NCBI GenBank assembly: GCA_016281805.1
Contig: JAEEJJ010000075.1
Location: forward strand, 1-46,411
Reading direction: 5' to 3'
DNA: 46,411 bases
DNA from: Clostridiales bacterium
Lineage (GTDB): Bacteria > Bacillota > Clostridia > Oscillospirales > UBA644
Positions within the stretch are counted from its first letter, which is position 1, and each line of letters opens with the position of its first letter. This document shows positions 39,812-46,411 of this stretch, in pieces. Position numbers and translations under genes: made by a program. The notes beneath the pieces were generated by a model. It was not told the origin of the DNA and ran no database searches. It saw only the letters and a program-made list of their open reading frames with translations.

Positions 39812-40534
39812 ATGAGAAAAGAGAAAATAAAAGGAGTGCTTCCTAAATCGCTTTACTATATTGTTTTACTGAGTTTTATTCTGCCGATCGGCTACCTTGT
39901 GTTCAGAATAATCACTGTAGCAGAGCCTGAAATATCTGCAGGGCTTCATTCGAGAGCGGATTATGTTCTTATGCTGCTTGAATGTGTTCTCGGAATTTTT
40001 GTGATCCATATTCCTTCAATTATTTCAAGACAGTTTAAATTCGAGATTCCCGGACTGCTGTACGGTCTGTATATTCTCTTCCTGTATTGCGCAATTTTTC
40101 TCGGTGAAGTTCGAAGCTTTTACTATCTTGTTCCGCATTGGGATGATTTTCTGCATCTTTTCAGCAGCATGATGACGGGCTTTTTTGCTGTAATGGTCAT
40201 TACGATTCTTAATCGCGATGAAAATCTCGTATTTCGCTTATCTCCGTTTTTTGTATCGCTGTTCGCTTTCGCTTTTTCGATAACGATCGGAGCATTATGG
40301 GAGTTATATGAATATGCGGGAGACGGACTTTTCGGGCTGAATATGCAGAAATTCATTACCGCAAGCGGCGATATACTTTCAGGTCACGATGCTCTTACCG
40401 ATACTATGAAAGATATTGCGGTAGATATGTTTGGTGCGCTGATTTCGTCCGTGACAGGCGGGATATCGGTAAAATACAGTAAGCGGTGGCTTATTCCGAC
40501 GTTAAAAAAAGAGGATATCTCCTCAAAATCGTAA
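39812..40534 (+). CDS. Integral membrane protein (DUF2238/YjdF-like)
   Basis: ATG 39812 preferred; WDDFLH, LWELYEY, DTMKD motifs in a multi-TM protein. Confidence 0.7.
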   Translation: MRKEKIKGVLPKSLYYIVLLSFILPIGYLVFRIITVAEPEISAGLHSRADYVLMLLECVLGIFVIHIPSIISRQFKFEIPGLLYGLYILFLYCAIFLGEVRSFYYLVPHWDDFLHLFSSMMTGFFAVMVITILNRDENLVFRLSPFFVSLFAFAFSITIGALWELYEYAGDGLFGLNMQKFITASGDILSGHDALTDTMKDIAVDMFGALISSVTGGISVKYSKRWLIPTLKKEDISSKS

Positions 40535-40603
40535 ATTGCGCTGCAAAAAACGAAGCGATACCCCGATATCGAATAGACGAGGCATATATCGGTTTACATA
40601 AAC

Positions 40604-40641
40604 AACAGTCCCTTTCCGTTATATGCGAAAGGGACTGTTTT
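40604..40641. terminator. Bidirectional terminator
   Basis: AACAGTCCCTTTC...GAAAGGGACTGTT. Confidence 0.8.
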
Positions 40642-40655
40642 GTATTTCTTAAAAA

Positions 40656-41060
40656 TCACTGTTTTGTCATAAGGTCGCTCAGCTTTTTGCCGTAAAAGAA
40701 ATCGTGCACCATTTTATCGAATTCCGTCCACATCGGGAGAGTCTGACAGATTTCTTTTCTGGAACAGTCATTTGTCCCTGAAGCAAGACACGCAACCGAA
40801 TACATCGGTCCTTCCGTGATTTCCAGAATTTCTCCAACGGTATACTCTTCCGGCTTTCTGCGAAGTCTGTAACCTCCGCCTTTTCCGCTTGCCGCCTCGA
40901 CCAATCCACCAAAAACCATGTCTTTAACTATTATTTCAAGATATTTTTTTGATATTTCCTGCCTTTCGGCTATATCTTTTAACGGAATGAAATGTCCGTC
41001 GCCGTTTTCGGCAATGTCAAGCATAACTCTGATCGCATATCTTCCTCTTGTTGAAATCAT
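40656..41060 (-). CDS. Rrf2 family regulator (IscR/CymR-like, 3 Cys)
   Basis: STRGRYA, IAERQEISKKYLE, GKGGGY, C-x7-C-x5-C. Confidence 0.92.
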   Translation of the reverse strand: MISTRGRYAIRVMLDIAENGDGHFIPLKDIAERQEISKKYLEIIVKDMVFGGLVEAASGKGGGYRLRRKPEEYTVGEILEITEGPMYSVACLASGTNDCSRKEICQTLPMWTEFDKMVHDFFYGKKLSDLMTKQ

Positions 41061-41087
41061 GAAACTCGCCTCCTGTGTTTATTGTCT

Positions 41088-41170
41088 ATTATACCACAAG
41101 GTGAATAGGTAAGTCAAGAGGAAAAAAAATTTTTTTACCTATTGACAAAATAGGTGAATAGGTGTATAAT
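41088..41170. promoter_or_regulatory. Divergent rrf2/iscS promoters with palindromic operator
   Basis: Plus TTGACA-17-TATAAT (41142-41170); minus TTGACT-18-TATAAT (41117-41088); ACCTATT-N5-AATAGGT at 41137-41155. Confidence 0.78.
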
Positions 41171-41202
41171 ATGGCATAATCTCAAAATGGAGCGTTATTT
41201 TT

Positions 41203-42387
41203 ATGATCTACGCAGATAATGCGGCAACAACAAAAATGAGCAGGAGAGCTCTCGAAACATTGGTTTCATTTAACGAAAAATTCTGGGGCAATCCCTCAAG
41301 TCTGTATACACACGGTCAGAATGCGAAGGAAGCACTCGAACAGGCGAGACGTGATATCGCTTCTTTGATCAACGCACAGCCCGGAGAAGTATATTTTACT
41401 TCCGGCGGGAGCGAATCTGATAATCAGGCGATCTTGTCAGCGGCCCAGACAGGGAAGAAGGCAGGGAAAAAGCACATCGTATCTACTGCATTCGAGCATC
41501 ATGCGGTCCTTCATACGCTTGAAAAACTGAAAAAAGAAGGCTTCGAGATCACACTTCTTGATGTTCATTCAAACGGAATCGTTAAAGCGGAAGATGTTGA
41601 GGCGGCGATAAGGGATGACACGTGTCTTGTTTCTGTAATGTATGCAAATAATGAGATCGGAACGATTCAGCCGATCAAAGAGATAGGCGCGATTTGTAAA
41701 AAAAGAGGTATTCCGTTTCATACTGATGCTGTTCAGGCAGTCGGGCATATTCCCATTGATGTTACCGGGGATAATATAGATATGCTTTCCGCTTCCGCAC
41801 ACAAATTTCACGGACCGAAAGGTGTCGGTTTTCTTTATGCGAAAAAAGGAATAAAGCTTTCCTCTCTCATAGAGGGCGGAGCTCAGGAGCGGGGAAAAAG
41901 AGCCGGTACGGAAAATGTTCCGGCAATAGCCGCTATGGCAGAGGCGTTGAAGGAATCGACCGGAAAAATAGCAGAAAAAACGGAATCTCTCATTTTAATG
42001 AGAAACAGGCTTATTAAAGGTATATCCGAAATCCCGCATTCATCTCTTAACGGCGACCCGGAAAACAGGCTTCCGGGAAATGTCAGCTTCTGTTTCGAGG
42101 GCATAGAAGGGGAAGCGTTGCTTTTACTTCTTGACGACAGAGGAATATGTGCGTCATCAGGTTCAGCGTGTACGTCCGGTTCGCTCGATCCGAGCCATGT
42201 CCTTCTTGCTATCGGCAGGGTCCACGATGTTGCTCACGGTTCTTTGAGGCTCAGCATAGATGATACAGTCACAGATGATGACGTTGCTTACATCGTCGCT
42301 TCCGTAAAAGAAGTAGTTGAATATCTGCGAGGCTTTTCTCCGATCTGGAGAGATCTTGTTTCAGGCAAAAAAGAGTTTATTCTGTAA
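41203..42387 (+). CDS. iscS: Cysteine desulfurase (IscS/NifS)
   Basis: DNAATT, HTDAVQ, SAHKFHGPKG, SSGSAC. Confidence 0.95.
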   Translation: MIYADNAATTKMSRRALETLVSFNEKFWGNPSSLYTHGQNAKEALEQARRDIASLINAQPGEVYFTSGGSESDNQAILSAAQTGKKAGKKHIVSTAFEHHAVLHTLEKLKKEGFEITLLDVHSNGIVKAEDVEAAIRDDTCLVSVMYANNEIGTIQPIKEIGAICKKRGIPFHTDAVQAVGHIPIDVTGDNIDMLSASAHKFHGPKGVGFLYAKKGIKLSSLIEGGAQERGKRAGTENVPAIAAMAEALKESTGKIAEKTESLILMRNRLIKGISEIPHSSLNGDPENRLPGNVSFCFEGIEGEALLLLLDDRGICASSGSACTSGSLDPSHVLLAIGRVHDVAHGSLRLSIDDTVTDDDVAYIVASVKEVVEYLRGFSPIWRDLVSGKKEFIL

Positions 42388-42400
42388 GGAGGTATTTTTT

Positions 42401-42784
42401 ATGGCATTATACAGTGAAAAAGTAATGGATCATTTCCGCAATCCGCGCAATGTCGGCATACTTGAAGATGCAAACGGTATCGGAGAGGTTGGAAACGCCA
42501 AATGCGGAGACATAATGAAAATGTATCTGAAAATAGAAGACGGCGTTGTTCAAGACGTGAAATTCGAAACATTCGGCTGCGGCAGCGCCATAGCCTCAAG
42601 CTCTATGGCAACCGAGCTCATAAAAGGCAAACCAGTAAGTGAAGTAAAGCAGCTTACAAACAAGGCAGTTGCCGAGGCACTTGACGGACTTCCCGCATAC
42701 AAAATGCATTGCAGCGTACTTGCCGAAGAGGCAATTCAGTCTGCACTGGAAGACTATCAAAAAAGAACAGGAAATAAAATATGA
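42401..42784 (+). CDS. iscU: Fe-S cluster scaffold IscU/NifU
   Basis: ATG 42401 with AAGGAGG; YSEKVMDHF.NPRNVG, CGD, FGC, KMHC. Confidence 0.95.
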   Translation: MALYSEKVMDHFRNPRNVGILEDANGIGEVGNAKCGDIMKMYLKIEDGVVQDVKFETFGCGSAIASSSMATELIKGKPVSEVKQLTNKAVAEALDGLPAYKMHCSVLAEEAIQSALEDYQKRTGNKI

Positions 42785-42795
42785 CATTTCTATGA

Positions 42796-42829
42796 ACCTA
42801 TTGACATAATAGGCGAATGATGTTATAAT
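42796..42829 (+). promoter_or_regulatory. Promoter of metY-cysK-cysE with second operator copy
   Basis: TTGACA-17-TATAAT (42801-42829) overlapped by ACCTATT-N5-AATAGGC. Confidence 0.8.
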
Positions 42830-42861
42830 GACCGCAAATTACTAAAACGGAGGCGAAAAAG

Positions 42862-42984
42862 ATGTTTTACGGTATCATATTCAGTAATAACTTCATGTGT
42901 TGTCGAAGGTTGTGCTCCCGGGCAGGCTGCTGTATCGAGACATATTCCGGCATGCAATTTCGCCTCGATATAAAATTTCGTTAA
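42862..42984 (+). CDS. Candidate Cys-rich leader peptide (40 aa)
   Basis: GGAGG RBS; MFYGIIFSNNFMCCRRLCSRAGCCIETYSGMQFRLDIKFR*; 5 Cys and 2 internal Met, upstream of sulfur amino-acid genes. Confidence 0.7.
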   Translation: MFYGIIFSNNFMCCRRLCSRAGCCIETYSGMQFRLDIKFR

Positions 42985-43010
42985 TGCGTTTTGCCTTGCG
43001 TATTTCAATG

Positions 43011-43042
43011 CCCGGGAGCTATTGTCAGGTTGCCGGGTTTTT
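43011..43042 (+). terminator. Candidate attenuator terminator
   Basis: CCCGG..CCGGG imperfect stem plus TTTTT; 5' arm can alternatively pair with 42914-42924. Confidence 0.6.
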
Positions 43043-43090
43043 ATGCTATATTTGAACATATTGAAATCAAGTTAATAAGAGGAATTTACA

Positions 43091-44371
43091 ATGAATAAAT
43101 ATAAATTTGAAACATTACAGCTTCACGTCGGTCAGGAAAATGCCGACCCCGCAACAGATGCGCGCGCTGTTCCCATTTATCAGACAACGTCATACGTTTT
43201 TCATAACAGCAAGCATGCCGCAGACCGTTTCGGTCTTGCCGATGCCGGCAATATATACGGCAGACTAACAAATTCCACGCAGGAAGTTCTTGAAAAGAGG
43301 ATAGCTGCGCTTGAAGGAGGAAGCGCTGCGCTTGCACTTGCTTCCGGCGCTGCGGCAATTACTTATACAATAGAAGCCCTTGCAGCAAACGGCGGTCATA
43401 TCGTTGCACAGAAAACCATATACGGCGGAACCTATAACCTGCTTGAACATACGTTGCCGCAATACGGGATCAAAACAACATTTGTCGATATTCACGACCT
43501 CAAAGAAGTCGAAGCTGCGATCAGCAACGATACGAGGGCGATCTTTCTTGAAACGCTCGGCAACCCGAACAGCGATATCCCGGATATAGACGCCGTTTCC
43601 GAAATAGCACACAGGCACGGAATTCCCGTTGTCATCGACAATACGTTCGGAACCCCGTATCTTATCAGACCTATTGAACACGGCGCGGATATAGTCGTTC
43701 ATTCCGCCACGAAATTTATAGGCGGTCACGGAACGACCCTGGGCGGCATTATTGTTGAGTCGGGAAAGTTTAACTGGAAAGACAGCGGCAAATATCCCAA
43801 TATATCAGAACCTAATCCAAGCTATCACGGCGTTTCTTTTTACGATGCAGTCGGACCGGCAGCTTTTGTCACTTTCATCAGAGCCATTCTCTTACGTGAT
43901 ACTGGTGCAGCAATATCGCCGTTTAACGCATTTCTGCTTTTGCAGGGCGTGGAAACTCTTTCGCTTCGTCTTGAAAGACATGCCGAAAACACAAAAAAGG
44001 TCGTTGAATTTTTAAGTAAGCATCCGAAGGTGGAAAAAGTCAATCATCCGTCTCTTCCGGACCATCCCGACCATGCGCTTTATGAAAAATATTTCCCGAA
44101 CGGCGGCGGATCGATCTTCACATTCGATATCCGCGGCGGACGTGACGAAGCATGGAAATTTATTGACAATCTTAAAATATTCTCTCTTCTCGCCAATGTC
44201 GCCGATGTAAAAAGCCTTGTTATCCATCCTGCGTCAACAACTCATTCGCAGCTTAACGAAAAAGAGCTTGAAGAACAAAATATCGGGCAAAACACAATCA
44301 GATTGTCTGTCGGCACGGAACATATCGATGATATTATCTCAGATCTCGAAAACGGTTTCCGGGCTATCTGA
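43091..44371 (+). CDS. metY: O-acetylhomoserine/O-acetylserine sulfhydrylase
   Basis: VPIYQTTSY, IYGRLTN, HSATKFIGGHG, LANVADVKSLVIHPASTTH. Confidence 0.9.
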   Translation: MNKYKFETLQLHVGQENADPATDARAVPIYQTTSYVFHNSKHAADRFGLADAGNIYGRLTNSTQEVLEKRIAALEGGSAALALASGAAAITYTIEALAANGGHIVAQKTIYGGTYNLLEHTLPQYGIKTTFVDIHDLKEVEAAISNDTRAIFLETLGNPNSDIPDIDAVSEIAHRHGIPVVIDNTFGTPYLIRPIEHGADIVVHSATKFIGGHGTTLGGIIVESGKFNWKDSGKYPNISEPNPSYHGVSFYDAVGPAAFVTFIRAILLRDTGAAISPFNAFLLLQGVETLSLRLERHAENTKKVVEFLSKHPKVEKVNHPSLPDHPDHALYEKYFPNGGGSIFTFDIRGGRDEAWKFIDNLKIFSLLANVADVKSLVIHPASTTHSQLNEKELEEQNIGQNTIRLSVGTEHIDDIISDLENGFRAI

Positions 44372-44391
44372 ACTTTTATGGGAGAAATACA

Positions 44392-45324
44392 ATGAAAAAT
44401 ATATATATGGGTATACTTGACTTGATCGGCAAAACACCTCTTGTCGAAATAACTAATATTGAAAAAAAACTCAGTCTTGATGCAAAGATTTTCGCAAAAC
44501 TCGAATACTTCAATCCGTCCGGAAGCGTTAAAGACCGTATCGCCAAAGCCATGATAGAAGATGCCGAACATAAGGGACTGCTGAAAAAAGGTTCGGTTAT
44601 CATAGAGCCCACGTCGGGCAATACCGGTATCGGACTTGCAGCGATCGGCGCCGCAAAAGGTTACCGCGTTATTCTGACGATGCCTGAAACCATGAGCGTT
44701 GAAAGAAGAAATATTCTTAAAGCATACGGAGCTGAAGTAGTGCTTACGGAAGGCGCAAAAGGTATGAAAGGCGCAATTCAGAAAGCCGAAGACCTCGCCC
44801 ATGAAATTCCCGGTGCATTTATCCCCGGTCAATTTGTAAATCCCGCAAATCCTGCAATCCATAAAGCCACAACAGGCCCAGAAATATGGAATGATACAGA
44901 CGGAGACGTCGATGTCTTTATCGCAGGCGTCGGAACAGGAGGAACGCTTACGGGAGTAGGGGAATATCTTAAAGAAAAAAATCCCTCTGTCCGGATCATA
45001 GCCGTTGAACCCGAAGATTCTCCGGTACTGTCTGAAGGAAAATCGGGAGCACATAAAATTCAGGGAATAGGGGCAGGGTTTGTTCCCGATGTGCTGAATA
45101 CAAGAATATTTGATGAAGTTCTTAAAATATCTAATCAGGATGCTTTTGAAACATCAAAACTTCTTGCAAAAAATGAAGGCATTTCCGTCGGTATTTCTTC
45201 AGGTGCGGCGCTGTATGCGGCAATAACCGTTGCAAAACGTCAGGAAAACAAAAATAAAAATATCGTTGCTCTTTTGCCTGACAGCGGTGACCGCTATTAT
45301 TCCACGCCTCTGTTTTCAGACTGA
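44392..45324 (+). CDS. cysK: Cysteine synthase A
   Basis: KLEYFNPSGSVKDR, PTSGNTG, GVGTGGT, HKIQGIGAG, PDSGDRY. Confidence 0.96.
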   Translation: MKNIYMGILDLIGKTPLVEITNIEKKLSLDAKIFAKLEYFNPSGSVKDRIAKAMIEDAEHKGLLKKGSVIIEPTSGNTGIGLAAIGAAKGYRVILTMPETMSVERRNILKAYGAEVVLTEGAKGMKGAIQKAEDLAHEIPGAFIPGQFVNPANPAIHKATTGPEIWNDTDGDVDVFIAGVGTGGTLTGVGEYLKEKNPSVRIIAVEPEDSPVLSEGKSGAHKIQGIGAGFVPDVLNTRIFDEVLKISNQDAFETSKLLAKNEGISVGISSGAALYAAITVAKRQENKNKNIVALLPDSGDRYYSTPLFSD

Positions 45325-45362
45325 TATTTTTATCCCTTATTATTTTCGGCGGAGAACCTGAT

Positions 45363-46241
45363 ATGACAGACTTTGAAAAAGTAATGTGCAAACTTGATGA
45401 GATCGGCAGAAACTCTAAGCTTATTCACATTGAAAACGATAAAATGTTTCCCGATAAAAAAAAGATATTTGCAGTATTGCTTGATACTCTTGCTTTGCTC
45501 TTTCCCGGACATTATACTCCTCAGACGTCACATTCCGACAAGTCGGTTGCGGAGATCGTCTCCTCATCGCTTGCCGAGCAGATAGACAGGGTTTTGTCAT
45601 TAACAGGAAGAAAATCTGCCATTTCAGGCACTGAAATCGCAAAAAAATACATTGCAAGTCTGCCTGAACTGAAAGAAGTCCTTCTTACGGATATAGAGGC
45701 GCTTTATAAAGGCGATCCCGCGGCTGAATTACGAGATGAGGTAGTTACCTGCTACCCGGGATTTTTTGCAACAGCAGTATACAGAATAGCTCACGGTCTT
45801 TATGAAATGGACGTTCCCGTTATTCCGAGAATAATGACTGAATACGCTCACAGCAAGACAGGAATAGACATCCATCCCGGAGCATCTATCGGAAGCTATT
45901 TTTTCATTGACCACGGCACCGGCATAGTTATCGGAGAAACTACCGTGATCGGCTGCAATGTCAAGCTTTATCAGGGCGTAACTCTCGGCGCAAAGAGCTT
46001 TGAAAAAGATCAGGACGGAAATCCAGTCAAAAGACTGAAAAGGCATCCCAATATCGGCAATAATGTAATTATTTATGCGAATGCCACAATACTCGGAGGC
46101 AGAACTTTCATAGGCGATAACTGCGTTATAGGAGCAAGCACGTGGATCGTCGAGTCTGTTCCTGCGGGAAGCACGGTCCTTTATTCATCAAATACTGAAA
46201 AAATGCTTCAGCTTTGGGGCGATAACGGTTCCGGTATATAA
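45363..46241 (+). CDS. cysE: Serine O-acetyltransferase
   Basis: GDPAA, YPG, GIDIHPGA, FIDHGTGIVIGET, KRHP, hexapeptide repeats. Confidence 0.92.
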   Translation: MTDFEKVMCKLDEIGRNSKLIHIENDKMFPDKKKIFAVLLDTLALLFPGHYTPQTSHSDKSVAEIVSSSLAEQIDRVLSLTGRKSAISGTEIAKKYIASLPELKEVLLTDIEALYKGDPAAELRDEVVTCYPGFFATAVYRIAHGLYEMDVPVIPRIMTEYAHSKTGIDIHPGASIGSYFFIDHGTGIVIGETTVIGCNVKLYQGVTLGAKSFEKDQDGNPVKRLKRHPNIGNNVIIYANATILGGRTFIGDNCVIGASTWIVESVPAGSTVLYSSNTEKMLQLWGDNGSGI

Positions 46242-46296
46242 AGCAAAACATAACGGTTTTGTTTTGAAATAAAAAGCTTTGATTAAGGAGAAAAAC

Positions 46297-46411
46297 ATGA
46301 AACCAATGACTTCGAAAGAACGCATCGACGCCGTCCTTAACGGCAAACCTGTTGACAGAACACCGTTCTGTTTTGTTGACGGAGGAGCATGGATTGCGAA
46401 AACAGAGAATA
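46297..46411 (+). CDS. Uroporphyrinogen decarboxylase / MtaA-CmuA family protein, N-terminal part
   Basis: AAGGAG RBS; MKPMTSKERIDAVLNGKPVDRTP matches the MTxxER...G..VDR.P family start. Confidence 0.7.
   Translation, partial: MKPMTSKERIDAVLNGKPVDRTPFCFVDGGAWIAKTEN

Noticed and set aside
42823-43059. 78-aa minus-strand ORF from the ORF track
   Set aside because: Antisense to the promoter, leader and attenuator; no recognisable protein features
42830-43090. T-box or SAM riboswitch in the metY leader
   Set aside because: No GGTGGTACCGCG-type T-box or S-box core recognised by eye; the leader ORF explains the region better. An Rfam scan is still needed.
44242-45054. 270-aa minus-strand ORF (and similar antisense ORFs throughout)
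   Set aside because: Antisense shadow of cysK/metY and other well-supported genes
1-46411. CRISPR arrays, IS elements, prophage, tRNA/rRNA
   Set aside because: No regularly spaced repeats, transposase, integrase or phage proteins, or structural RNA signatures recognised

Overview
Chromosomal segment, apparently from an anaerobic Firmicute (Clostridia-like; inferred from gene content, AGGAGG RBSs and many near-consensus TTGACA-17-TATAAT promoters). I found no integrase, transposase, CRISPR array or tRNA. Left to right: partial GNAT; GH78 rhamnosidase; two orphan FtsX/MacB-type permeases; D-lactate dehydrogenase; lipoprotein M16C peptidase with SLH-like tail; alanine dehydrogenase; wzt-wzm-3xGT2 glycan locus; redox cluster (flavin reductase, TetR, ferritin-like, Fe-S flavoprotein, radical SAM, MBL-rubredoxin fusion); PNP-type nucleosidase with a LytS-PP2C sensor phosphatase; five paralogous orphan solute-binding lipoproteins mixed with peptidases, GH20 and GNAT; Rrf2/iscS/iscU; metY-cysK-cysE. 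Main candidates missed by the ORF track: (1) a 40-aa Cys-rich leader peptide with alternative antiterminator/terminator pairing upstream of metY-cysK-cysE; (2) a stand-alone ~98-nt RNA with its own promoter and terminator, antisense to a generic SD-AUG-AAA start region, within the lipoprotein paralogue array; (3) a shared palindromic operator, probably Rrf2-bound. All calls come from motif recognition by eye; no searches were run.
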